64,000 bases of DNA from Eledone cirrhosa (Eukaryota): positions 80,476,001 through 80,540,000 of the forward strand of contig OZ024740.1 of the NCBI GenBank assembly GCA_964016885.1, read 5' to 3'. Within the stretch, counting starts at the first letter, position 1; each line of letters opens with the position of its first letter. Positions 12,406 to 23,263 of this stretch are shown here, one piece after another. A program made the position numbers and the translations under genes. The notes under the pieces are model-generated. The model had not been told where the DNA came from. It worked only from the letters and a program-made list of their open reading frames with translations, and did no database searches.

Positions 12406-14831
12406 CAGTTGCATTTATCTTGCTTTATGTTCATACGAGTTATCACCAAGTCACAACCAGTGACCTCAAGAGACAACAAGGTCCGCCATGTTCAAGAAAG
12501 AACATACATACTCACACATGCATCTTTAGTGTTTAGACTTGTGATGTACTTATATTGACAGAATCTTCCTTAGTATATGGGCAGTTCCCATTAGTACTAT
12601 CTTTTGTATCTCTCCCATACGCGGGTTTCCTGGGATTTGCGATAAGTAATCATTAGACCCCTTAGGTATCATTCCCAGAGCGCCTACAACCACTGGCATT
12701 GTTTTAGTTCTCAATTTCCACATTTTTCCAATTTCTATCTCCAGGTCCTTATACTTGCTCAATTTTTCAAATGTTTTTATAGATACATTCTTGTCTATTG
12801 GAACAGACATATCAATAAGCAGGCATACCCTCTTTTTAAAGTCCTTCAATATTATATCAGGTCTATTTGCATCTATTTTTCGGTCTGTTTGGATGATAAA
12901 GTTCCACAAGATTGAAATGTGATCTTTTTCAAGTATGGGAGGTGGTTGATGCTCCCACCAATTGTTTTGATGGGGCAGGTCAAAATGCTTACATATTATC
13001 CAATGTATGTATTGTGCAGCTCTGTCATGCCTGTTTAGGTATTCGGTTGGAGCTATAGGACTGCACATTGAAATTATATGGTCAATGGTCTCTGGTTGTT
13101 TTTTGCATACACGGCATAATGGGCTGCATCCATTTTTTATTATGTTGGCTTGGTAATTTTTTGTTGGCAGACACTGATCTTGTGCTGATATAATCAGTCC
13201 TTCAGTCTCCGATTTCAGTCCAGAGGATGCCAACCACTGATGGGTTAAAGTTTTGTCGACATCAGGATTGTTAGCTCGCTCTGGATATTTTCCATACAGA
13301 GGCTTTTCTTGCCATTTCTTAGCCAGTTTCTGTAGCAGTTCTTTCTTTGCAGTTACTTTTACCTGCTTTGCTTTTTCTGTGTTTTCCATTTCAGCAGTAA
13401 ATGGGACTTCTGAAATTTGTAGTCCATTACTGTATCTTTGTGCATCTTTTGTAATGGAATATGATCTTTTGATGCTTTCGTGTTTCAAAACGAGTTTGAT
13501 CATCCAATCATGTGATTCCCTTAGATATGTAGATAATCCAATTGTTGCAGTTTTCAACGCAATGTCTAACTGGATTAACCCACGTCCTCCTTCTTTCCTA
13601 GGGAGATATATTCTATCTATATCTGCCTTAGGGTGATGCATTCTGTGCATGGTTAAGAATTTTCGAATTTTTGTATCGAGCCTACGGATCTCTGTGCTTG
13701 ACCAATTGATGACATTGTAACTGTAGGTTACTACTGGTATGGCAAGCGTGTTTGTGGCATCGATCCTATTCCTTGCATTCAATTCCGTTCTTAAGATTGC
13801 TCTTACTCTGCAGTAACATTCCTTCCTTATCCTTTTCCTCATTGTTGAGTGCTTGATTCCGTCTCCTTCACAAACACCTAGATATTTGTAAGTTTTTTCT
13901 TTATCTAGTTCTCTTATCACGTTCCCCCGATCAAGATTAATGTCTGAACTATTCAGCAGCTTTCCTCTGGTGAACGTTGCTTTGGCGCATTTATCTAGTC
14001 CAAACTCCATTTTAATGTCATCACTGAACTGCTCCACAGTGGATAATAACCCTTACAATTGTTCATCATTTTTTGCAAATAGTTTCAGGTCATCCATGTA
14101 GAACAAGTGATTAATGGTTTTGTCATAGACTTTATATCCATGTTTTGTTTCATTGAGCATTTTAGTTAATGGTATAAGTGCGATGCAGAATAAAAGCGGT
14201 GATAAAGAGTCACCCTGAAAAATTCCACAATTAATATTAACTTCTCCAGCTTCCAGTGATTTTGTTTCACCATTCAAAAGGAGTGTCATTTTCCATGTCT
14301 TCATACTGAATGACAAAAACCTCCTGATAACGGGGGATATTTTGAAAATCTCTAAACATTTTTCAATCCAACTGTGTGGCAAACTATCGAATGCTTTTTT
14401 ATAATCTATCCAAGCAATCGATAGATTTTTGTGTCTATTATGACAATCTTCCAGTATCATTTTGTTAACCAGAAGCTGATCCTTACAGCCATATGAGCCT
14501 CGTTTACACCCTTTCTGCTCAATGGGAAATATGTCATTTGTTATCAGGTGGTCATATGTGTATTCAGTTAGGACTGATGTTAAAAGTTTATACATTGTGG
14601 TCAAGCAAGTTATCGGTCTGTAATTTTTGGGATTGTTTGTCTCATCATTCTTCGGAAGCAGGAATTTAATGCCGTTAACTAGCCATGAGGGTATCTTTTC
14701 TGGCTCCTTAACTATTTCATTGTAAAGTTGGGCTAACAGCTCATGAGAGTCTGTGAAGGCATTTATCCAAAAGTTTTGTATTTTGTCTTTTCCTGGGGAT
14801 TTCCATTTGCTTCTTTTTCTTAGAGCCAAGC
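12406..14831 (-). mobile_element. 5'-truncated R4/Dong-like non-LTR retrotransposon (RT + CCHC + restriction-like endonuclease)
   Basis: One reading frame 14831->12550 broken by a single TAA at 14053-14055; NYRPITCL, DYKKAFDS, GIFQGDSLSP, YMDD, CRVC..ETIDHIISMC, RHD, NRPD..LIDM..KLSKY; (TAA)n at both ends. Confidence 0.9.
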
Positions 14832-14875
<44 letters not shown>

Positions 14876-15081
14876 GGTGACCTACGTAGTAAATCGTATA
14901 ATCGTGAGCTCCGCAAAGGTTTGTTATCTCCGTTTGTTAAAAATTGTCATTTATGGAAAATTTTATTGTTAACTGTTTATAAGCACACATACATTGTTTT
15001 CCGAAAAAGACACCCAAAAAGATTGGGGCCTTGTGCCCAAAATTTAAACTTTTATTATTATCAAAAATTTCTTTGAAAAAA

Positions 15082-17072
15082 ATGGCTAATTCACCTCTGC
15101 AACAAGCAGCTGAAAGCCTTCCTCACAAATTAACACCTCACACCGACACCACCATTGTAAATGTTACTACGTTTGCCAACACAAAAAAAAAATATAAGCA
15201 GTAGCAATATTTTAAATTTGTCCTCAGGCAGACATTCATTTCCCGCCATTACCAATGACTGCAGGTGTTAAAGCCTCCACCACCACCACCACCGCGACAA
15301 CCACCACCCCCACCACCACCGCGACAACAGAAACAAAAGAAGAAAAAAATAAATTAACTCGTGATGTCAAAATGAAATCAAGCAAAATGGACTCTTCCCC
15401 ACCAAAGACGACTGACGTCACCACCACCACCACAACTGAAACTAAAATTAATATTAACACAAATAACGATAGCAACAACAACAACAATGACATTATAAAA
15501 CCGACCCTCAGTTTCGCCATAGTAGCAAAACAGTTTGAAGCATTCACGGTAACCCAGGAGGATTTAGAAAATGCCAAACAAATGGTAAAGAAAGATGGGT
15601 ACAGGGTCAGCCTCACCCCCCCCCCCCCCACCTAATAAAATGGAGCATCGGCGCCTATGCACCGTGTCGTATAGAACAATAAATGTAAAATCGCGCCGAG
15701 TGGAACGGGCATCCGAGTCCCACATCCAAAAAGCTTTGGGACATGTGTGGGCAAGAAAACCCACATCAGACGTGGGCAAAAGTATGGAACCGTGGATGTG
15801 TTCTTTGAAACACCAGAGGAGGCTAGAGAACACTCCATGGCCCCATTAAAAAGTAACGACTTCACACTCGTCCCAAGCTATTGTGGCCAGAGACTCGTAA
15901 AGATCAGGGTGACCCACGTTCCACCGGCCATCGAAATTCCCTGGCTAATAGCGGCTGTCCTCGCCGGCATCGAAGCCAACACGAAAATAATAGCAATAGC
16001 AAAAGAAAAGCAGGAAAACTGGTCCGGATCAGGGATGGAGCTCCTGATCCAAGCGGACCAAAAAAGCATTGAGGAGATCCCAGAGGTAATAGACCTCACT
16101 GACGGCAGCCACCTCACGGTAATTGTCGAGGGCAGAAGACCTAGGTGTGTCTTTTGTGGTGAAGGAACCCACCTAAAGGCTTTCTGCCCTCAGGCTAAAA
16201 GGTTGAGGCCACCTCTCCAACCCACCCCAGTGACACAACCATCAACACCACCAGTAGCAGAGATGGCAGCAACAACTGTAGCAGCAACAACAGAAGCAAC
16301 TATAACAGTAACAACCCCAGCAACAGTAGCAAAACCAACACCACTACCACCACCAGCAAAACCAACACCACCACCACCCAACGCTTCAGAACTAGCACCA
16401 GCGCTTACACCATCCACCACACCACAACCAAAACTAACGGCTGTGGAGGATTTTCCACTCCCTGGAGACAGATTGTGACGACGAGGAGTGTGAAACGATA
16501 TCTGGAAAAAAAAAGAAACCCCAAAAAAAAAAATTCTCTTCCTTCCCCCTCCAAAAACAAAATACAGAGGGAAACAAATAAATTAAGAAACAAAAAAGTT
16601 AGGACAGATATGCCACCATCCACACCAGTATCACCAACCCCATCAACCCAAACACCAACACCATCACCATCATTAACCCCAGCACCACCATCACCTACAC
16701 CACAAAAGTCACCAAAATGCGAAACAGAAACAAACCCCACAACAAACGCAAACAAAACAAAACAACCAAAACGATACACACTACACAGCATTAAATTTGA
16801 ACAACAAGCAATTATTACACTACATCCAACACAACACCAGCATCACAGAAAAAGACTACACAACAACCCCAAAATTCACACCACCTCCACACATACAAAT
16901 CACTCGCATCACACAGAAAACGTACATGACACTAAAACAAAAATTCCCCAAAGACATCGGAGACTTCCGACAAGCACTCTCCAGGAGGATTTATAAGGAC
17001 ATCCTTTCTGAGAAGGCCACAAGCAGTGAAAAGGATGGAAAAACCGTCCTTCCTCTACGAGAAGTAAGGTAA
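15082..17072 (+). pseudogene. Tx1 ORF1 of copy 3, frameshifted
   Basis: EGRRPRCVFCGEGTHLKAFC CCHC knuckle; aligns by eye to copy 1 ORF1 (LVPSYCGQRLVKIRVTHVPP). Confidence 0.8.
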
Positions 17073-17106
17073 GTGGTCTTTCCCATCTTTTCGACTCCTT
17101 TTCAAC

Positions 17107-20100
17107 ATGACCTCACTCAGAATAGGCAGCATAAATGCGCGTGGCTTGGGGTCGTCATGGAAGCAGGGCCACCTGTTCAACGACCTCAGGTCACTAAACA
17201 TAGATGTAGTGGCCATCAGCGAGACCAGAATCTCCGAAGCACAGGCTTTCGCACCGATCTTCGGCGGCTACGATGTGTACGCATCTCCCAGCCGTCCGGG
17301 ATCGGGGGGAGGAGTTGCTGTGCTCTTTCGGAGAGGTTTGGATCTTGCCATACGGGCCATCTTCCTGGACCCAGAAGGTAAGTTGGTGGTGCTGGACGTG
17401 ACCAGCGGAGACGGGCAAGCTTTCAGGTTAGTGGCCGTCTATGCCCCGACAGGAGCAGGGCGGCCTGATTTCTTCCGGCGTCTGGAGACCTTTCTTGGAA
17501 CGTCCCGCTCTTTAGTGTTAGTGGGCGGCTGGAACGGGATCTTAGATGCACGCTGGGATTGTGTGGGATTAGTGGATAGGGAAGGAGGGTGCAAGAGTCT
17601 CACCAACCTGCTCAGACGTTTTGAACTGTCTGACAGGTACCGAATGGATTTCCCGAATGTACCAATGTGGACTTGGACAAATCGCATAGGGTCATCCAGA
17701 TCATATCTAGATAGAGTATTTTGTAGGGAAATAGATAGGTCTAGCATAGGCTGTCCACAATTCAAGATAGTCAGCTACACGGACCACAAATTCGTGATCT
17801 GTGTGCTTGACTTAGATAGGATTCATAGACGAGGACCCGGCTACTGGAAGCTAAACGCGTCCTTACCAGCGCGCAAGGCCTACAGAGACCGGATTAGCGA
17901 ACTAGTTAAGCGGGCGTTGACGGGGGCCATCGTCAACAACAAGTGGTGGTTTGCTCTGAAAAGAGCAATTAGAATAGAGTCCATTAGGTTTAGTAAGACT
18001 TTAGCAATAGAGAAAAATAGAGCAGAGGGAGAATTAGTTAGAAAATTAGATGAGGCGCTTAGCAAAGGCATCGCGACCGACGTACTTGCGGCGAAATTGG
18101 CCCTTGACCAATTCTTCAATGCAAAGCACGAAGGCTGCGTTGTCAGAGCTAGGGTGCGTGCTCTCAGACACGAGGGGATGAAAGCCGTTCAATGGGCCCA
18201 AGTGGCGGAGGCGCGTCGTGGCAACAAAGCCACGATCCGGTCTTTGGTGGACCACGACGAGCGCATGCTACTAGATCCCGGGCAAATGTGTGAAGCTTTT
18301 CAGCGACACTTCGCTCAACTGTTCGGGGGCAGTGGCGGGCCGGAACGAGGGATGGACTTTAGTGTCTACCTCGACGGACTGCCGCGGCTTTCGGCTACTG
18401 AGGCGGAGTGTTGCGAAAAGCCGATAACAACCGCTGAAGTACGGGATGCAATGACTAGTTGCACAAGGGGTAGATCGCCTGGTTTGGATGGTCTGCCCTA
18501 TGAACTTTACGTACAAATGCCAAACTTGTTCGGAGGCCTCTTGGTGGACGTCGACTGCAACTGGCAACAGAACGGGAGAATTCCCAGCTCTGTGAGCCGA
18601 GGAGCGGTGGCGCTGCTGAGAAAGGATCCGAACAAGGGGGATAACATAGATAATTTTAGGCCCATAACTCTGCTAAACACAGAGTTCAAGATTTTGGCCA
18701 ATGTACTAGCAAAGAGGTTGGCGCTTGTCGTTGGTGGTCTGGTGGGAGAGGCACAGACATGCGCCATTCCCGACAGATCCATCCACGACAAACTCCACCT
18801 CATGCGATACATCGTAGAGAGGGTAGCTAGGGAACCTGGCACGGGTGGGTCTTTGATCAATTTAGATCAGTCGAAAGCCTTCGATAGGGTCGACCATCGT
18901 TACCTAGCGGCAGTCCTGAGGGCGGCTGGCTTTGGGCCCGTCTTCAGAGGCTGGATCGCTGCCATGCACAGCAAAATCTGCTCTGTAGTGAGAGTGAACG
19001 GTCACCTTTCGGAACCGTTCAACATCATGCGCTCGGTCCGCCAAGGATGTTCCCTCTCGTCCCTATTGTACGTATTGACTCTCGAGCCATTACTGCACAA
19101 ACTGGAGACGTTGAGGGGTGTCCCGCGCGAACTAGGATGCGGAAGATCCGTGTCAGCATATGTCGACGATGTCACCGTAGTGGTGCCGAACGCCAAACAC
19201 ATCGAGACGATCGGCACTACACTAAGAGAATACGAAGCGGTGACAGGAGCAATGATCAACCAGGAAAAGTCAGTGGGCCTGCAGCTCGGCACCTGGAGAG
19301 GCAGGTCCATGCCGTCCAACAGCGTCGTCGGGCGCTGGACGGACGGACCGGTTAAATTACTAGGGGTCTGGTTCGGTCCAGACCTCCAGACGGACAAAAA
19401 CTGGGACGAGGTGACGAGCAGGGTGGCTTCTCTCACCCAGAAATGGTCCGAGAGGAAGCTATCCCTGAAAGGTCGAGCGGAGGTGGCGAATGCGTACATC
19501 GCATCCGTCATCTACTACCGCCTGACCGTCGTACCTTGTCCTAAGCCCCGCCTGACTGCGCTGGAGCGTTTTCTCTTTCGCTTCTTGTGGAAGGGATGCG
19601 CTCCGATGGTCAGGCGGTCCATCTGCTGTCAACACCCGCCACGTGGAGGGCTGGGCATGCCGTGGCTGATGATGCGCAGACACGCGCTCAAGCTACGACA
19701 TCTCCACCTCTTCCTCGACGGTTATCAGGTGTGGTCGCCGTTTGCTAGACACGTTTTTCTCCAGCTCGTCTCCTTGACGGAGCTGCAGTCCTGGGTCAAG
19801 CGAAGACCGAGAGGGAGCGCTTGGAGACTGGAATGTCTTCAGGCGCTCACAGCCCTCGACCAATCGGGCAATGTGATCGGTGGAAACTCCACCATGGCGT
19901 TCTATAGGGGATTAGTGGAGGGGAAGAGCGACGACGTACTTGGAGAAACTCTAGGCGTCGACGAAAATCAACTAGCCAATCTCTTCGGAAGGACTTTCGG
20001 GCCGGGGCCTATGGACAACTTCCAGAAATCCCTGGCCTGGCAGTGCTACCGAGGAGCTTTGCCAGTTCGGGATAAACTCTACAGGCATGGAGGTGCCGTC

Positions 20101-20376
20101 AGCCGGGCATGTCCGAGATGCGCGCAGGGCGACGAAACCGTCCTGCACGCACTCGTCCAGTGTCCGAGCATTGCTGACTTGTGGGTTTATGTCGAACACC
20201 TGCTGTCACGTGTAGGACGGATCCAACTATCAGCTGGGTCCATCGTGAGGATTGCCCCGCCCCCTTCCTTTATCCTGGAAGGGCAGGCAGTTTTTATCTG
20301 TCTGGTGGCCATGGCGAAAGAGATAGTATGGTGGACACGTTTGAAAGGGCTGAAGACGAGCACTTACCTCTTTTGA
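17107..20376 (+). CDS. Tx1 ORF2, 1089 aa APE endonuclease/reverse transcriptase, nearly intact
   Basis: Uninterrupted ORF with all APE and RT blocks; GDWN changed to GGWN, YADD to YVDD; a 34-nt deletion near 20372 (relative to copy 1) truncates the C-terminus. Confidence 0.9.
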   Translation: MTSLRIGSINARGLGSSWKQGHLFNDLRSLNIDVVAISETRISEAQAFAPIFGGYDVYASPSRPGSGGGVAVLFRRGLDLAIRAIFLDPEGKLVVLDVTSGDGQAFRLVAVYAPTGAGRPDFFRRLETFLGTSRSLVLVGGWNGILDARWDCVGLVDREGGCKSLTNLLRRFELSDRYRMDFPNVPMWTWTNRIGSSRSYLDRVFCREIDRSSIGCPQFKIVSYTDHKFVICVLDLDRIHRRGPGYWKLNASLPARKAYRDRISELVKRALTGAIVNNKWWFALKRAIRIESIRFSKTLAIEKNRAEGELVRKLDEALSKGIATDVLAAKLALDQFFNAKHEGCVVRARVRALRHEGMKAVQWAQVAEARRGNKATIRSLVDHDERMLLDPGQMCEAFQRHFAQLFGGSGGPERGMDFSVYLDGLPRLSATEAECCEKPITTAEVRDAMTSCTRGRSPGLDGLPYELYVQMPNLFGGLLVDVDCNWQQNGRIPSSVSRGAVALLRKDPNKGDNIDNFRPITLLNTEFKILANVLAKRLALVVGGLVGEAQTCAIPDRSIHDKLHLMRYIVERVAREPGTGGSLINLDQSKAFDRVDHRYLAAVLRAAGFGPVFRGWIAAMHSKICSVVRVNGHLSEPFNIMRSVRQGCSLSSLLYVLTLEPLLHKLETLRGVPRELGCGRSVSAYVDDVTVVVPNAKHIETIGTTLREYEAVTGAMINQEKSVGLQLGTWRGRSMPSNSVVGRWTDGPVKLLGVWFGPDLQTDKNWDEVTSRVASLTQKWSERKLSLKGRAEVANAYIASVIYYRLTVVPCPKPRLTALERFLFRFLWKGCAPMVRRSICCQHPPRGGLGMPWLMMRRHALKLRHLHLFLDGYQVWSPFARHVFLQLVSLTELQSWVKRRPRGSAWRLECLQALTALDQSGNVIGGNSTMAFYRGLVEGKSDDVLGETLGVDENQLANLFGRTFGPGPMDNFQKSLAWQCYRGALPVRDKLYRHGGAVSRACPRCAQGDETVLHALVQCPSIADLWVYVEHLLSRVGRIQLSAGSIVRIAPPPSFILEGQAVFICLVAMAKEIVWWTRLKGLKTSTYLF

Positions 20377-20790
20377 AAAGGAAAATCAGGGTAGAGAGGG
20401 AAGTGCTCTCTTCCCAGCATTTTGTTGAAAGATGGGTGAGAGAAGCAAGTATGGCCCGAATGAATGGGCCTTCTCTGAGTATGTGTCTATAAATTAAAGG
20501 TGGAAAACTGGGAGAGGGCACTTGCCCTGGTGGTCAGGGCCACTGTGGTCTTTTAATGGGCTTTCTCCACAAATGTCCCTCGGAAGTCTCCCTCCTATTG
20601 GGGAATTTTTCTTTGTTATTTTATTTCAACCTCTGTTTTTTTTACACGCAGAAATGCCCATTTGTACCGTCCTGTATTGTCCTGTACTGTCCTTAATGTC
20701 TACTTTATGTAAACCCTTGTGGTTAATAAAGAAAACATTATTATTATTATTATTGTTATTATTATTATTATTTTTATTATTATTATTATT

Positions 20791-21753
20791 CGAGTCTCAG
20801 TCATTGATGTTATTTAACTGGAAAGTTTGTTGAAATGAATATCAAGCCGCTACCTGCAGCCTCAGATATTCAGGACGTATCGGAGGGTTCTTGCTGTTCC
20901 CAGCAAGCATGCTTTTTGAAGTGTTCCAAAAAACGGGGCTGGACTAATTTTCTTTAACCATACCTGGAAACTATTTGAGATAGTACCTAGTGCGCCTATG
21001 ACAATCTGACTTCATGGCAGTTCCAAATCCTTTTTACCTCCCACTTTAAGTCCTGGTATCGGTTAATTTTCTCCTTCTCCTTTTTTTGCACTCTCGCGTC
21101 AAATGGGCAGGCTACATCTACAATCGGGCACGATCCTTTTTCCTTGTCCAAAACCACGAGGTCAGGCATATTGTGTTCCAGTTTCTTGTCCGTCTGTATC
21201 CTAAATTCTCATAGCACCTTCATTTGATCGTTTTCTATCACCGACTCTGGCTTATGCTCATACCACTTCTGAGAATGTGGTAAATTGTTTACTTTGCACA
21301 AGTGCCAGTGGATTACCCTGCCAATCACATCATCTCTCCAGCCTTTATAGTGAGTCTGGGCTAGGTGATTACACTCGGATACAATGTGAGCCACAGTCTC
21401 CTCTTTCTCTCCACAGATCCTACTCAGTGGGCTAGCCCCCTCCTTGTAAATATGGTGTTTCACCCACTTCGTTCTGAGGGCCTGATCTTGCGCAGCCATT
21501 AGCATTCCTTCTGTAGCCTTTTTAAGGTCTCCTCTTTTTAGCCAGTTCCATGTCTGTGGGTCTCTAAATTCAGTTTTCTCAAATAAGGTACTATGAAGGG
21601 ATTTTTCATGAAAGTTGTCCTTCCTCCTTGTTGCTATTTCCTCCTTGGACATCCCCTGGTCTATTGTCCTCTCCTTCAGTACAATTCTGAGCATTGGCTC
21701 CATACTGTCAGTCAGGTATTTGTGCATGTTGCTTTTCTCCATCTGAACACAGA
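20791..21753 (-). mobile_element. 3' fragment of a second RLE-type (R4-like) non-LTR element
   Basis: WLKRGDLKKATEGMLMAAQDQALRT, ICGEKEETVAHIVSEC, KWYEHKP, followed by PD..D endonuclease remnants; 3' end abuts (TAA)n. Confidence 0.8.
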
Positions 21754-21756
21754 TTA

Positions 21757-21951
21757 TTGGCAGTATCGGTAGAGAGTCGGACACCATGCTTTGAAGCATA
21801 GAGTTACCTCCCTTTATGATCTGAGTTCAAATCCCGCCGAGGTTAACTTTGCCTTTCATCCTCACGGGGTCGATAAAATAAAGTAACAGTAATGTACTGG
21901 TTAATTGCTGGCCTTGTGCCTAAAATAGAAACAATTATTATTATTATTATT
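21757..21951 (+). mobile_element. tRNA-derived SINE (octopus OK-like), copy 1 of a tandem trio
   Basis: A-box-like TGGCAGTATCGG, B-box GAGTTCAAATCC, body GCCTTTCATCC..GGGGTCGATAAAATAAAGT, (ATT)n tail. Confidence 0.85.
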
Positions 21952-22141
21952 GGATTGGCAGTATCGGCGGAGGGTCGAACGCCATGCTTTCCAGCATAGT
22001 TACGTCCCTTTACGATCTGAGTTCAAATCCCGCCAAGGTTGACTTTGCCTTTCATCCTTACGGGGTCGATAAAATAAAGTACCAGTAATGCACTGGGTAA
22101 TTGCTGGCCTTGTGCCTAAAGTAGAAACAATTATTATTATT
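21952..22141 (+). mobile_element. tRNA-derived SINE, copy 2
   Basis: Same A/B boxes, body and (ATT)n tail; starts directly after the tail of copy 1. Confidence 0.85.
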
Positions 22142-22367
22142 GGCGGTGAATTGGCAGTATCGGTAGAGGGTTGGACGCCATGCTTTCTAGCATAGTTACG
22201 TCCCTTTACGGTCTGAGTTCAAATCCCGCCGAGGTTAACTTTGCCTTTCATCCTTACGGGGTCGATAAAATAAAGTTACCAGTCACGCACTGGGGTCGAT
22301 TTAATCGACTTTCCCCTCCGCCAAAATTGCTGGCCTTGTGCCTATATAAGAAACAATTATTATTATT
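22142..22367 (+). mobile_element. tRNA-derived SINE, copy 3 (longer variant)
   Basis: GGCGGTGAATTGGCAG start; extra GGGGTCGATTTAATCGAC segment; (ATT)n tail. Confidence 0.85.
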
Positions 22368-22482
22368 GTTGTTGTTATATTTGTTGTTCAGTCTTTCAAG
22401 CCGTGGTTTACATCGCTCATATAAGTTTGTTCTATTTTTCCTGTCATTCAACCTGTTGCATTGGGATGTTTGATATTACTTT

Positions 22483-23263
22483 GAGGTTAATTGAGTTAGT
22501 ACGTTTGTGAACTGTATTTTCAGCTCTACTTGAAGCTCTTAGGGGGTAAATCTGTGTCTGCTTTTCAAACACGACCCTCGATATTCTGCTAAAATTAAGA
22601 TGGTGGACAAAACAATGACAGCAGCTGTAAGAACAGCAGCAGCAGCGACCAAAACATATCTCGTGAAAACAAAGTGGACTTTACGGCTTTCCCAATGTTT
22701 ACTACGGTGAAGGCTGCGGCCCCCATCACAACGGCAGTAGACCTAGCGAACACCACAAGCATCCGCCCACCACCACCATTGAAACAACGGAAACAAAAAT
22801 AAAATTAAACCGAACACACACGGCAGTGACAGCATAAATAATAACAACATGAACAAAAATACCAACCAGACCACCACCACCACCACTATGACAACCTCCA
22901 ACAAAAACATCACCAACAACAATGTGAATCTACAACAGCACTGGCAAGCAACAACAACACGGACAACAAGAAGAACTCTTTCGCTATTGCAGCAGCCATG
23001 AAAAGGCCATGCTACACCATGGACCTCAGTCAAAAAGATAAAATGTTGGCTCAGGCATGGAAGCTCATTTAAACGTCCCGGCAGGGGCGGTGCAGAAGAG
23101 AACGGTGATTTTTAGATGCATTTCAGTGTAGACTTACAAAGCGGTGATCATTCCGCAAGACGAAGTTGAAGCTTTCCTTAAATGCATCAGTGATGACACC
23201 GAGTACAGAGTGAGGGGCAGACAATACGGCACCATATTAGTGCTGTTTAATAGCCCTCGCTAT
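22483..23263 (+). mobile_element. 5' fragment of a family-B-like Tx1 element (5' UTR and start of ORF1)
   Basis: 22975-23263 aligns to copy 2 positions ~7000-7331 (AAAAGGCCATGC..ATGGACCTC..CAGGCATGGAAGCTCAT; CAGTACGGCACCAT). Confidence 0.75.

Larger units (their letters stand above)
14876..20790 (+). mobile_element. Full-length Tx1-clade LINE, copy 3 (family A ORF2, distinct ORF1)
   Basis: Flanked by (TTA)n 14832-14875 and 20737-20790; ORF2 and 3' UTR very similar to copy 1. Confidence 0.92.

Noticed and set aside
21757-22367. tRNA genes
   Set aside because: A/B boxes are followed by a SINE body and (ATT)n tail; no complete cloverleaf
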